This document shows positions 9,038 to 19,259 of a stretch of 64,000 nucleotides of DNA, one piece after another. Source of the stretch: Spirochaetia bacterium (lineage in GTDB: Bacteria; Spirochaetota; Spirochaetia; UBA9216); contig OY776510.1 of the NCBI GenBank assembly GCA_963675665.1, positions 2,816,001 through 2,880,000 on the forward strand, read 5' to 3'. Below the pieces are notes generated by a model that saw only the letters and a program-made list of their open reading frames with translations, was not told the origin of the DNA and did no database searches. Position numbers and translations under genes: made by a program. Numbering within the stretch: position 1 is the first letter of the stretch; each line of letters starts with the position of its first letter.

Positions 9038-9915
9038 AGCTGATGAAAAACATGAGGACACTTGTCTTTGTATTCCTGATGACTGTCTTAGTAATTGTTG
9101 TAACGGATTGTACGAAAAATGTTAACCGGGAATCCGCCGGCCAATTACTAATAACCGATACATATGAACAAGGTTCGTATAAACTTGAAATTTCCTATCC
9201 GTCGGGATCACTGGAATACGGCAGCACCGCCCGGATTGTGCTGCGGATTGAATATCCTGAAGAGGAAAAATATATCCTGCTGCCTCCGGAAATTAATGAT
9301 ACCGGGCGTTTTTCAAATACCGGGATTATAAGTATTGAAGAGGGGCGTCCCGTACCTGACGGAAACGGAAAGGCGGTGAGTACTGTTGTTTTCATGGTAG
9401 AGGCATGGCTGCCCGGAACGCTGGTATTCCCGCCGCTCACTGTTTCTTTCCCCGGGGAGTTGACAACCGACGAGTTTGAGATTTCGGTAGATTCGGCTTT
9501 TGATGAAGAAGCCGGTCATGAGCTTTCATCGATATATCTGCCTGAAGCTGAAGATAGTCCGATAGGAAAAATAATAATTATCATAGCTGTATCAGCAGTA
9601 TTTTCTGCAACCGCGGCGGTTCTGCTGTTTAAACACAAAAGAAAAGAAATGCGTAACCGGGCTGTTCCGGAAAAAAGCCGGGCGGAGCTGATTGAAGAAT
9701 TCAGAAAATGCTACATAGATACTGATGCCCGTATTGATTTGCGAAAAGCGTATGCAGAGCTTGAGCGTTTGATTGGGGAGAGCAAGGCTTCCAGGTATGG
9801 CAAATATATTGAGAAAGCAAGGTTTTCCGGCGAAGGAATTGATTATACTGAGGGATACAGGATCCTTATGCAGATTTTTGGACAGGAATTAGCGGAGGCC
9901 GGAGATGCAGTTTGA
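9034..9915 (+). CDS. Bat-operon membrane-anchored protein (BatD-like Ig domain)
   Basis: N-terminal signal, beta-rich domain, one TM helix; conserved position between DUF58 and batA; overlaps both neighbours. Confidence 0.6.
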   Translation: MKLMKNMRTLVFVFLMTVLVIVVTDCTKNVNRESAGQLLITDTYEQGSYKLEISYPSGSLEYGSTARIVLRIEYPEEEKYILLPPEINDTGRFSNTGIISIEEGRPVPDGNGKAVSTVVFMVEAWLPGTLVFPPLTVSFPGELTTDEFEISVDSAFDEEAGHELSSIYLPEAEDSPIGKIIIIIAVSAVFSATAAVLLFKHKRKEMRNRAVPEKSRAELIEEFRKCYIDTDARIDLRKAYAELERLIGESKASRYGKYIEKARFSGEGIDYTEGYRILMQIFGQELAEAGDAV

Positions 9916-10948
9916 TTCTCCGTGGGCTTTCGGTTTTATACCTCTTCTTGTTGTTATCGTGCTGATGTCGGCAAGGCGGAAAAACAGGAGTACGGGATTG
10001 AATTTCTCCAGTTCCTGGCCCTTTTCCGTAAAAGTAAAATCGTTAAGGCAAAGACTTCTCTGGATACCCCTTCTGCTCATCGTTGCCGGGAGCTTATTGC
10101 TGATTTTGGCGCTTGCCCGCCCGAGGGAAAGGCTGGATGAAACAAGAAAAGTTACAAACGGAGTCGCTATAGAGTTTGTAATAGATCGCAGCGGGAGTAT
10201 GTCTGCTGAGGTAGAAAACAACGGTAAGCTTGTACGAAGAATTGATATTGTTAAAAAGAATCTGCTTGATTTTATCAAGGGCGACGGGAATGAGCTGTCC
10301 GGCAGGCCGGACGACCTTATCGGTTTAATTGCCTTCGCGCGTTATGCAGATACCCTCTCCCCGCTGTCGCTGTCCCATGATGTTCTGGAAGCGTTCACCG
10401 AAAACCTTGATGTCGTTGTTTCAAAGGATGAAGACGGTACTTCGATAGGCGATGCGCTGGCGCTTGCCGCAGCCAGACTTCAGTCCGCTTCAGTGAATAA
10501 CGACCCGGCTAAAGGTTATGAAATCACAAGTAAAATAATAATTCTGCTCACCGACGGTGAGAATAATTCCGGAAAGTATTCTCCGCGTGAAGCGGCCGAA
10601 CTTGCAGCTGAATGGGGAATAAAGATATATGCCATTGGGTTCGGGGGAACAGCCTATTATGAAATGGACAGTCTGTTCGGCAAGAGGCGTATTCCTGTTG
10701 GCGCGGCAGTTGATGAAGCGACCCTGAGCAGTATAGCTGAAATCACCGGCGGCGCTTATTTCCAGGCTGATTCTGCCGAAGAGCTCGCAGGGGTTTATTC
10801 GGTTATAGACGATTTGGAAAAAACGGAGATTGTATCATACACGCAGTATAAATACCGGGAACTCTTTGTTAATTTTGCTCTTGCCGGCCTGTCACTGCTG
10901 GCCGCCGCTCTTGCGCTGGATCTGACTGTCCTGAGGAGGCTGCCGTGA
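9905..10948 (+). CDS. batA: BatA, vWA-domain membrane protein
   Basis: MQFDSPW N-terminus, LALARP, MIDAS DRSGSM, GTSIGDAL, LLTDGENN. Confidence 0.88.
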   Translation: MQFDSPWAFGFIPLLVVIVLMSARRKNRSTGLNFSSSWPFSVKVKSLRQRLLWIPLLLIVAGSLLLILALARPRERLDETRKVTNGVAIEFVIDRSGSMSAEVENNGKLVRRIDIVKKNLLDFIKGDGNELSGRPDDLIGLIAFARYADTLSPLSLSHDVLEAFTENLDVVVSKDEDGTSIGDALALAAARLQSASVNNDPAKGYEITSKIIILLTDGENNSGKYSPREAAELAAEWGIKIYAIGFGGTAYYEMDSLFGKRRIPVGAAVDEATLSSIAEITGGAYFQADSAEELAGVYSVIDDLEKTEIVSYTQYKYRELFVNFALAGLSLLAAALALDLTVLRRLP

Positions 10949-11970
10949 CCGATCAGTTTCAGCTTTTAAACCCTGCGGCCCTGAAATATCTCTGGCTTCC
11001 GATTGCCGCCGCTGCTGCAGGAATTTTCGGAATCATCAGGGCAGGCAGAGTTGTCCCGGAAGCCTGGAAAAACACCGCTTCAGGTTCAGGATTTTCAGCA
11101 AGACGGATTATGCTGCTTGTTATTTTAACCGCGGCAATGCTGCTGACTGTTTTTGCCGCAGCCAGGCCTAGCTGGAGCAGGACTGAAACTACAGTATCAC
11201 GCAGGGGCCGTGATGTTGTTTTTGTTATTGATGTATCCCGTTCAATGCTTGCCGAAGATCTTTATCCCAACAGGCTTGCCAGAGCAAAGCTGGCTGTTAC
11301 AGATGCTCTCTCGGTAATAGAGGGCGACAGGGTCGGGCTTGTAGCATTCGCCGGAACATCCGTCGTCAAATGTCCGCTTACGCTTGATTACAGCTTTTTC
11401 AGGCAGTCGGTTGAGCTTTTATCGACTGATGCAGTTTCCGTCGGCGGAAGCATGATAGGTGACGCGCTCAGAAAAACCCTGTCGGATGTGCTTGCCGGCG
11501 GTACCGGGGGCTACAGGGATATAATTCTGATTACGGATGGTGAAGATCAGGAAAGTTACCCTTTGAAAGCTGCTGAAATGCTGGCGGAATATGATGTCAG
11601 GCTGATTGCCATAGGTCTTGGAGATGAAAATACGGGAAAACGCATTCCGGTAACGGATCAGAACGGCAACAGTGTTTTTCTGACATATAACGGGCAGGAA
11701 ATCTGGAGCCGGCTTGATGCAGCCGTTCTCAGGCAGATGGCTTCCGCAACTCCGGGCGGCCGGTATCTGAACGTTTCAACCGGGACCTTTGATATGGGTG
11801 AGATTTACCTGTCCTTGATAAAAAGCCAGGAGTCCAGGTTTATTGAAGACGAGACATATGTGGAGAATGAAGAGAATTACCAATATTTTCTCACACCCGC
11901 AGTCATCCTTGTTTTGGTGTATCTGTTTCTGCGTTATTCCGCGGCATCAGGTTCAGGGAGAAAGAAGTGA
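10945..11970 (+). CDS. batB: BatB, vWA-domain membrane protein
   Basis: DVSRSMLAEDLYPNRL, DRVGLVAFAG, CPLTLDY, LITDGED. Confidence 0.88.
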   Translation: MTDQFQLLNPAALKYLWLPIAAAAAGIFGIIRAGRVVPEAWKNTASGSGFSARRIMLLVILTAAMLLTVFAAARPSWSRTETTVSRRGRDVVFVIDVSRSMLAEDLYPNRLARAKLAVTDALSVIEGDRVGLVAFAGTSVVKCPLTLDYSFFRQSVELLSTDAVSVGGSMIGDALRKTLSDVLAGGTGGYRDIILITDGEDQESYPLKAAEMLAEYDVRLIAIGLGDENTGKRIPVTDQNGNSVFLTYNGQEIWSRLDAAVLRQMASATPGGRYLNVSTGTFDMGEIYLSLIKSQESRFIEDETYVENEENYQYFLTPAVILVLVYLFLRYSAASGSGRKK

Positions 11971-12854
11971 AGAAGTTTTATACTGTATTAATACTGATTC
12001 TTGTTTCCCCGGCAGTATTTGCTTCAGGGCAGGCTGAAACAGCAGCGGCAGGTCCGCTTGAAAGGGGGGCGCAACTGTTTAATGACGGGAAGCTTGCTGA
12101 AGCGGCTGAAAGTTTCAAAACTGCGGCGGCTTCTGAAGATACAGTGATATCTGCGGCGGCTTATTTTAATCATGGAATTACACAGGCCATGCTCGCGGAG
12201 CAGGTCCAGTCGCCATCGGAAAAACGTGATCTGCTGGAGGAAGCTTACCAGTCGCTAAAACGCTCCGCGGAGCTGAATACATTGCCTGAGGACAGTAAGA
12301 ATGACGCGCGTCGAAATATGGAAGTAATCAGAGAGAAACTTTCAGAGCTGCCTGAAAAATCACGGGAAGATCGTCAGGATGAGAAGCAGGACAGTCAAAA
12401 CGGACAGGAAGGTAAAGATTCCCGGTCGGCTCAGGACGAAGGAAAGAACAGTCCGCAGCAGGACGGTCAGTCTCAGGACCGGAATAACGGCGGCAGTAAC
12501 AGCCCTGAAGAGCTGCTTCAGCAGCAGCGTGAATTGAGCCGCCGAACCGCCAACGAAGAAGAACACGGTGAAGAGCTTGCTGAACAGCAGAAGGCGCTGC
12601 AGCAAGCGTCTGAAGAGCAGGACCTGAATGAGGCTGCAGTCAACCAGGCAAAAGCGGCGGAAGCTCTGAAGAAGGGAGACAGGCAAACGGCGTCGGAATA
12701 TCAAAAGGCCGCCGAAAAGGCGCTTTCCGAAGCCGCAAACGGCGGGGACAACAGTGAACTGAATGATATCCTTGATCAGGAAGCAGAAAATCAAATTCAG
12801 CGCAACAGACTGGATAAAACAGGAGGCATTACTGATGCTGAGCGGAACTGGTAA
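11967..12854 (+). CDS. batC: BatC-like TPR protein with Gln/Glu-rich linker
   Basis: Signal peptide, TPR-like 'AAAYFNHG...DARRNME', low-complexity Q/E/D tract, terminal 'ERNW'. Confidence 0.7.
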   Translation: MKKFYTVLILILVSPAVFASGQAETAAAGPLERGAQLFNDGKLAEAAESFKTAAASEDTVISAAAYFNHGITQAMLAEQVQSPSEKRDLLEEAYQSLKRSAELNTLPEDSKNDARRNMEVIREKLSELPEKSREDRQDEKQDSQNGQEGKDSRSAQDEGKNSPQQDGQSQDRNNGGSNSPEELLQQQRELSRRTANEEEHGEELAEQQKALQQASEEQDLNEAAVNQAKAAEALKKGDRQTASEYQKAAEKALSEAANGGDNSELNDILDQEAENQIQRNRLDKTGGITDAERNW

Positions 12855-14583
12855 AAAACAACTTTTGTCGGTGGTGTTATTCCTGGCAGCGGTTACAGGT
12901 TTGCACGCCCGGGAACTGTCGCTCAGCGCGGAGCTTGAGCAGGATCAAATATGGCTGGGAGATTCGGTCAGGTTGACACTATACCTGCAGGGAAGCGAAA
13001 AGGCTATTTCACCGGAGCTGTTTATTCCGGATGTTGATATCGAACCGCTGGGTGGAACAGTTCGAAGCAGCAGATCCGTTACAAATATAAACGGGCAAGT
13101 AACCGAAACCGTTAGAAAAGCATATGTTTACAATTTCAGACTTACCCCGGAAACTTCGGGCAGAATTACTGTTCCCGGGATTGAGGTTGAAGTCGACGGA
13201 ATCAGGCTTGTAACAAGGGAGCTTAATCTGAATGTAAAACGACCTCAGGCAACGAATGATTTCAGCCTTGAGCTGCAGTTTGAAAAGGACAAGATATTTC
13301 TTGATGAGTTATGCCGTCTGAAGGTGAGTTTTTTCTACAGCCGGAGTCTTAGATCTCTGGATATAAGAATTCCGGGTCTTGAAGAAATTAATTATGAAGG
13401 TACATCAGGATCTCCGAATGATGAGAGATATGAGATCAGCCTGAATGGAAGCCCTGTAGTGTTCAGCAGGGACGACAGGGGAAATACAGCCGGATTATCT
13501 GCTGTTCTGGTGTTGCATCCCGATGAAGCCGGAGTAATCTCGCTATATAATGCTTCAGCTTCATTTGAAGGTGTTACCGGATATCAGAATGTCAGGGATT
13601 TTTTCGGAAGAATTCAACAGCAGGAAGTTTATGACCGGATGGTTATTCCCGGAAACCGCGCCCGGGCAGAAGTGGCGCCGTTCCCCATGAGAGGACAACC
13701 CGATGATTTTTTCGGGTTGTCGGGTAACATTTCACTTGATGTGAGCATAGAGCCCCGTGAGGTTCATATAGGTGACCCCGTGACTTTGAATCTGAAAGTA
13801 TCGGGAATGAATAACCCGGAAATCGTGATTCCTGAGCTTGGAAGTTATTTGGGCCAGGGTATTGATGTTCCCGATACGCGATCATCGGCAAAGATTGCGG
13901 GTAATACCTGTACAGTAACCCAGACCATAAGAATAAATGATATTTCGGTTGAGCAGGTTCCGCCGATAAAATTCAGCTATTTCAACCCGGAAACTGAAGA
14001 ATATGAATATGCAGTTTCAGCTGCTGTTCCGGTCAAGGTCCTGGATACCAGGGTTTTAACCGCTTCGGAACTCGAGGGCTCCGCCGTGACTGCTGATGAA
14101 GTTGATAAAGTATTGCTTGAGCGTAAGAGAGAGGGAATATATTACAACTACAGCGGAAAAGACCTGCTTGAACCCGATGTTATAATGATCGAAAGACTAA
14201 CCGGTTCTGCCGGAGTGAAAATTTTATTAATTATCCCGCCGATCATTTTCCTGATTATTATAATTTATACTGCCGTACTTCCGCAGGTTAAAGCCAGGGC
14301 CGCTGAACGGGCCAGCCGCGGAAAAGCGATCCGAAAACTCAAGAAATCCGCCATGAAAGGAAACTTTGATAATCCTTTAGAATCTCTGAGAGAATTTAAC
14401 GGAGCATTAAATGCGTTTTTAAAAATACACGGCACTTCGGAAGACAAAAAGAGTATAAAAGAATTTACTGAACGCATAAATTCTGTTCTTTACGGCAGGG
14501 TTGAAATAACTGCCGGGAAGGCACAGGAGATAGTCGCGGACACGGTTGTTACTCTTGAAAAACAGGAGGCGGTAAATGTTTAA
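12835..14583 (+). CDS. batD: BatD-family protein
   Basis: Repeated Ig-like BatD modules ('SRSVTNINGQV', 'VHIGDPVTLNLKVSG', 'FSYFNPETEEY') and a C-terminal TM; ATG 12835 preferred over 12763 because it gives a signal peptide. Confidence 0.82.
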   Translation: MLSGTGKKQLLSVVLFLAAVTGLHARELSLSAELEQDQIWLGDSVRLTLYLQGSEKAISPELFIPDVDIEPLGGTVRSSRSVTNINGQVTETVRKAYVYNFRLTPETSGRITVPGIEVEVDGIRLVTRELNLNVKRPQATNDFSLELQFEKDKIFLDELCRLKVSFFYSRSLRSLDIRIPGLEEINYEGTSGSPNDERYEISLNGSPVVFSRDDRGNTAGLSAVLVLHPDEAGVISLYNASASFEGVTGYQNVRDFFGRIQQQEVYDRMVIPGNRARAEVAPFPMRGQPDDFFGLSGNISLDVSIEPREVHIGDPVTLNLKVSGMNNPEIVIPELGSYLGQGIDVPDTRSSAKIAGNTCTVTQTIRINDISVEQVPPIKFSYFNPETEEYEYAVSAAVPVKVLDTRVLTASELEGSAVTADEVDKVLLERKREGIYYNYSGKDLLEPDVIMIERLTGSAGVKILLIIPPIIFLIIIIYTAVLPQVKARAAERASRGKAIRKLKKSAMKGNFDNPLESLREFNGALNAFLKIHGTSEDKKSIKEFTERINSVLYGRVEITAGKAQEIVADTVVTLEKQEAVNV

Positions 14584-15382
14584 GGGAATACGACTGTATC
14601 TTATTGCTTTATTTGTATTTATTCCGGCTGTTTTTGTCAGTTCCCAAAGCGAATATGATAATGAAAAGCTTCTGGCTCGTGCCGAAGCGGCATTTGCAGA
14701 GGGAAACGAGCAGCTTCAGAATGATCCGGCTGCTGCAAAAGAGTCATATCTGAAAGCAGTGAATTACTACAATTCAATTATTGAATCGGGAATTGAGAAC
14801 GCAAAGCTTCTTTATAATATCGCCAACGCATATGTAAGACTTGAAGAATACGGTAATGCAATTTTGAATTATCGAAAGGCGCTGCTGTATGCACCGAATG
14901 ATCAACAGATTAAATATAATCTGGAATATGCAAGATCGCTACAAAAGAACGGGTTCGTTATAAATACTGAAAATGAAGTTCTGCATATTCTGTTTTTCTG
15001 GCATTATTTAATGCCGCCGTTATGGAAATTTATTGTTCTCATTGCTGCAAACCTGCTCTTCTGGTCAACGCTTGTACTCGGACGGTTCGGGCGTTCTGTT
15101 TGGAAAGCAGCTGTTTTATCAGCAATAATCACGGTGATGATTGGCGGATCGCTTTACCTCGATACACGAAGTTTGAAAGAACTTCATGGAGTAGTCGTTT
15201 CAGATTCAACAATAGGGCGTCTGGGCGACAGCAGGAGTTATGAACCTGCATTCGACGCGCCTTTATACGATGGAGTTGAATTTACCGTCAGACAGCGCAG
15301 GGTAGGCTGGATTCTTGCGGAGCTTACCGACGGAGGACTTGTCTGGCTTGAAGAGCAGGACTGTGGTATTATAGAACGATGA
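14576..15382 (+). CDS. batE: BatE-like TPR/SH3 membrane protein
   Basis: TPR 'LLYNIANAY...GNAILNYRKALLYAPND', two TM helices, C-terminal SH3b-like domain. Confidence 0.8.
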   Translation: MFKGIRLYLIALFVFIPAVFVSSQSEYDNEKLLARAEAAFAEGNEQLQNDPAAAKESYLKAVNYYNSIIESGIENAKLLYNIANAYVRLEEYGNAILNYRKALLYAPNDQQIKYNLEYARSLQKNGFVINTENEVLHILFFWHYLMPPLWKFIVLIAANLLFWSTLVLGRFGRSVWKAAVLSAIITVMIGGSLYLDTRSLKELHGVVVSDSTIGRLGDSRSYEPAFDAPLYDGVEFTVRQRRVGWILAELTDGGLVWLEEQDCGIIER

Positions 15383-16248
15383 AGATATCAGTTTTCTATT
15401 TTTCAGGAACAGGAAATACTCAACTGGTGTCTGAAAACCTGGCAGACCGTTTCAGGGAATTGGGTTATAAAACAGTCCTTAAAAGACTTGAAAAGGCTGA
15501 TTTGCCGGGAATAGTCGGGGATATTGCTGAAAGCGACTTAATCGGAATCGGATCTCCAATCTTCGGCGGCGGTACTCCGGGAGTAGTTTTTGATTTTATT
15601 AAACTGATGCCGGAAGTAAAATCAAAACCGTTATTCCTGTTCAGAACAGCTGCCGACTTTATAAATTTCAACCATGCGGCATCGGCAGGGTTGATCCGCA
15701 AGCTGAACAAAAAGGGTTATAACGTTTTTTATGAAAGAATTATTGTAATGGGTTCCAACTGGCTTATTGAATATGACTCTGCTTTTGTTAAGCAGTTATA
15801 CGAAGCGGTACCGGACAAAATTGTAAATATGGCCAAAGAGATTACCTCGGGAACAAAAAGGATGTATGAACCTTCGAAAGCCCTGGTCGTATTTACAACG
15901 GTCCTCAATTTCTTTGAGGAGAAAGTCGGCGCAAGAATGTTCGGGCTGACTCTTCATGCAGATAAATCCTGTATGAAATGCGGACTTTGCGCAGAAAATT
16001 GTCCTGTCGGGAATATCAGCTTCAATAATAGAATAAAATTCAACAGCAAATGTCTTATGTGCATGCGCTGCGTATACAGCTGCCCGGTAAATGCAATAAA
16101 ATCAAGAGGGATGTGCTATTGCATTCTTTCCGGGGGATACGATATTAACAAAATTATCAACAGTACGTATGATAATAAAAATTACAGCCCGGCGACAAGA
16201 CGGCTTATGAAACATTTCAGTGAATATCTTGCCGATCCTCGTCTGTGA
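15379..16248 (+). CDS. EFR1-family flavodoxin-ferredoxin fusion
   Basis: N-terminal YFSGTGNT flavodoxin loop; two 4Fe-4S motifs CMKCGLCAENCP and CLMCMRCVYSCP. Confidence 0.9.
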   Translation: MKISVFYFSGTGNTQLVSENLADRFRELGYKTVLKRLEKADLPGIVGDIAESDLIGIGSPIFGGGTPGVVFDFIKLMPEVKSKPLFLFRTAADFINFNHAASAGLIRKLNKKGYNVFYERIIVMGSNWLIEYDSAFVKQLYEAVPDKIVNMAKEITSGTKRMYEPSKALVVFTTVLNFFEEKVGARMFGLTLHADKSCMKCGLCAENCPVGNISFNNRIKFNSKCLMCMRCVYSCPVNAIKSRGMCYCILSGGYDINKIINSTYDNKNYSPATRRLMKHFSEYLADPRL

Positions 16249-16252
16249 CTGA

Positions 16253-16299
16253 AAAGGCTGTGCCGGAACATTATGCTGTTAAACCGCAGCACAGCCTTT
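16253..16299. terminator. Probable bidirectional terminator between convergent genes
   Basis: AAAGGCTGTGC ... GCACAGCCTTT 11-bp stem with a large loop. Confidence 0.5.
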
Positions 16300-16318
16300 G
16301 ATTTCGATTAAAATTTTA

Positions 16319-17503
16319 TTAACAAGTTGTGACAGATTGAAATACCTTATTCCCGGTTTTGTAATCTACTCCCGGAACCTCGAAACCGTGCATATTCATA
16401 AAATCAGTATGATACCCGGCGATATCGCTGAGATTCTTAATATTATCGTCGGAAGCTTTTTGCCATATTTCATTTACAGCGTTCTGTACATCTTCACGCA
16501 TTTCAAGATCGTCCATTCTGACTCTGTGCTTTCTGTCGACAGTAAGGTTTCCGCCGAAAATACCGCGAAAGAAGCGGTCCATTTGTTCAATACAGCCTTC
16601 GTGAATGTTTTTATCTTTCATAACCTTGAAAAGTATTGATATGTATAACGAGATTGCCGGTATTACTGCAGCAGCCCTTGTTACAACAGCTTTGTTAACA
16701 GAAATAAATGCGCTTCCTCCAGATTTTTGGGAAAGTTGGGTATTCAGCCTGAAGGCGGTTGCCTCTAGATCTTTTTTCGCAGCCCCTATTGTTCCGTTTC
16801 GATAGATAGCCTTGGTAACCTCAGGTCCGATATATGAAAATGCTGATGTTTTAACGCCGTCATCCAGTACTTCTGCATCAAGAAGCGCATTAATCCAGAG
16901 CTGCCAGTCTTCACCTCCCATAACCTTTACCGTATCATTGATTTCGTCGTTGTTTGCCGGTTCAATTTCTATATCAATAATTTTACTGCTGACGGTATCA
17001 AGGGCAGGCGATCTGTATGTTGAACCTACAGGCTTGAGCGTCGATCGGTACATTTTCCCGTCTGCAGGATCAACTCTTACGCCGGAAGCCAGACTGTAAA
17101 TTACCAAATCAACTTTTCCGGGTCCGTTTTTTATTGCACGGATGGCTTCCTGTTTCACTTCATTCGAAAATGCATCGCCGTTAATGCTTTTTGTAAAAAG
17201 GCCTGCGTCAGATGCTTCTTTATCAAAGGCTTTCATATTATAGTATCCCGGGGTTCCTGATCGGTTTTCTGTATCAGCTCTTTCAAAAAAAACTCCGATA
17301 GTTGATGCGCCGCATCCGAATGCAGCGGCAATACGGCATGCCAGTCCGTATCCTGTTGAAGAGCCTATTATCAAGGCGCTTTTTGGGCCGTTGAAAGCCC
17401 CGTTATTTTTAACATAATCAATCTGCCTCTTTACCTCTGCTGCACATCCTTCCGGATGTGTTGTAAGACAGATATTATTCCTGATTTTGGGTTTGATAAT
17501 CAT
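16319..17503 (-). CDS. fabV: Enoyl-ACP reductase FabV / trans-2-enoyl-CoA reductase
   Basis: MIIKPKIRNNICLTTHPEGC, GSSTGYGLA, NGDAFS, YSLAS, VMGGEDW, HEGCIEQM; start moved to ATG 17503 (GGAG RBS). Confidence 0.93.
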   Translation of the reverse strand: MIIKPKIRNNICLTTHPEGCAAEVKRQIDYVKNNGAFNGPKSALIIGSSTGYGLACRIAAAFGCGASTIGVFFERADTENRSGTPGYYNMKAFDKEASDAGLFTKSINGDAFSNEVKQEAIRAIKNGPGKVDLVIYSLASGVRVDPADGKMYRSTLKPVGSTYRSPALDTVSSKIIDIEIEPANNDEINDTVKVMGGEDWQLWINALLDAEVLDDGVKTSAFSYIGPEVTKAIYRNGTIGAAKKDLEATAFRLNTQLSQKSGGSAFISVNKAVVTRAAAVIPAISLYISILFKVMKDKNIHEGCIEQMDRFFRGIFGGNLTVDRKHRVRMDDLEMREDVQNAVNEIWQKASDDNIKNLSDIAGYHTDFMNMHGFEVPGVDYKTGNKVFQSVTTC

Positions 17504-17517
17504 AATAATCTCCGAAT

Positions 17518-17542
17518 AAAAAAGGGCCGGCAATGCCGGCCC
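17518..17542 (-). terminator. Intrinsic terminator between fabZ and fabV
   Basis: GC-rich inverted repeat GGGCCGGCA-a-TGCCGGCCC followed by T6 on the minus strand. Confidence 0.7.
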
Positions 17543-17559
17543 CATATTTTAGCTGTTTT

Positions 17560-17991
17560 CTAAAGATCGTCTGCGCTTCCTACAAGACACATCCACGATG
17601 CTTCAGCCGCCAGCTCGTCGCCAACCCAGGCTTTACCTGATTGTTTTATCATTGAGGCTGATATTCTTATGTTTTCAACCTCAATTCTGACTTTATCGTC
17701 AGGCCTCACCTGACGCCTGAACTTTGCTTTTTCTATTGTGGCCAGGAAAAACAATTTCCCATCGCCGAGCTTTCCGGCTTTTGCTATGCCGGCACCCCCG
17801 CACTGGGCCATGGTTTCCACAAGCACGACTCCCGGAACAACAGGATATTCCGGAAAATGTCCCTTGAAGAAGAACTCATTATTTGTGAAAGTCCTGTAAC
17901 CGGTTATAGTCTCATCATCGTTGATTTCCACTGAATCAACAAACAGAAACGGATCCCTGTGCGGTAATAATTTTTCAGTTTCTCTGGACAT
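17560..17991 (-). CDS. fabZ: 3-hydroxyacyl-ACP dehydratase
   Basis: LLPHRDPFLFVD, FFKGHFPEYPVVPGVVLVETMAQ. Confidence 0.95.
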   Translation of the reverse strand: MSRETEKLLPHRDPFLFVDSVEINDDETITGYRTFTNNEFFFKGHFPEYPVVPGVVLVETMAQCGGAGIAKAGKLGDGKLFFLATIEKAKFRRQVRPDDKVRIEVENIRISASMIKQSGKAWVGDELAAEASWMCLVGSADDL

Positions 17992-17994
17992 AAT

Positions 17995-19239
17995 CTATTC
18001 CGCGAATTTCTTGATAATCACAATTGAATTGTGACCGCCGAAACCGAGTGAGTTCGACATGGCTACATTGATTTCACCTTTGACACCCTTGTTCGGTACG
18101 TAATCAAGGTCACATTCCGGATCTGCCTCGTCGAGATTGATTGTCGGAGGGTAAAAGCCGTCATTTATGGCCTTGACGCAGACAATGGCTTCTACAGCTC
18201 CGGCAGCACCAATGCAGTGACCTGTCATTCCTTTTGTCGATGAAACTTTGACTTTGTAAGCATGATCGCCCAGAGCATCTTTGATTGATTTTGTTTCAAT
18301 CGGGTCATTTGTCGGAGTTGAAGTCCCGTGAGCGTTTACATAATCAATGTCTTCGGGCTTCATCCCTGCATCTTCAAGGGCGAGTTTAATGGCTCTTGTG
18401 GCGCCTTCTCCTTCAGGATTCGGCGCAGTAAGATGATAAGCATCACAGGTATTTCCGTAACCGGCAATTTCCGCATAGATTTTGGCTCCCCGTGCTTTTG
18501 CATGTTCAAGTTCTTCAAGAACCAGGCATGCAGCTCCTTCACCGATAACAAAACCGTCTCTGTCCTTGTCGAAGGGACGGCTTGCCTTTTGCGGTTCATC
18601 ATTATATCTGGTAGAGAGTGCGCCAATAACATTAAATCCTGCCACACCAAGCTGGGTAATGCTGGCCTCTGAACCCCCGGCCACAATAGCATCAGCGCGT
18701 CCGCACTGGATTGTCATAAGGGCGTTTCCGATGGCGTCGGTTGAAGATGCACAGGCTGTTGTTACAACCCAGCATGGGCCTTTCAGACCGTATGTGATTG
18801 CGACATTGCCCGGAATCTCGTTCGATATCAGTTTGGGAATTGTCATGGGTGGAGTTCTCTGCGGACCTTTGGCGAAAATTGTTCTATGTGAGTCTTCAGT
18901 TACCTCAAATCCCCCGATACCATTACCTATTATTGCGCCGACTCTTTCCGGATCAAAAGTCCCTTCGGTAAGTCCTGCGTCACGCACCGCTTCGCCTGCA
19001 GCAATTACAGCAAACTGGGTACAGAGTGCCATTTTACGGGCATCTTTTTTATCCATATGATCTGAAGCTTTGAAGTCCTTAACTTCTGCGGCAATCTTTG
19101 TAACAAGTTCTGAAGTGTCAGTTCTTGTTATAGGGCCGACACCGCATTTACCTTCTTTTATTCCCGACCAGAAATCATCGACATTATTACCAAGTGAATT
19201 AATTGTTCCTAATCCTGTAATTACAACTCTTCTCTTCAT
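17995..19239 (-). CDS. fabF: Beta-ketoacyl-ACP synthase II
   Basis: RRVVITGLG, TACASS (catalytic Cys), NAHGTST, KGMTGHC, SNSLGFGGHN. Confidence 0.96.
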   Translation of the reverse strand: MKRRVVITGLGTINSLGNNVDDFWSGIKEGKCGVGPITRTDTSELVTKIAAEVKDFKASDHMDKKDARKMALCTQFAVIAAGEAVRDAGLTEGTFDPERVGAIIGNGIGGFEVTEDSHRTIFAKGPQRTPPMTIPKLISNEIPGNVAITYGLKGPCWVVTTACASSTDAIGNALMTIQCGRADAIVAGGSEASITQLGVAGFNVIGALSTRYNDEPQKASRPFDKDRDGFVIGEGAACLVLEELEHAKARGAKIYAEIAGYGNTCDAYHLTAPNPEGEGATRAIKLALEDAGMKPEDIDYVNAHGTSTPTNDPIETKSIKDALGDHAYKVKVSSTKGMTGHCIGAAGAVEAIVCVKAINDGFYPPTINLDEADPECDLDYVPNKGVKGEINVAMSNSLGFGGHNSIVIIKKFAE

Positions 19240-19259
19240 TATATTCTCCTTACATTTTA

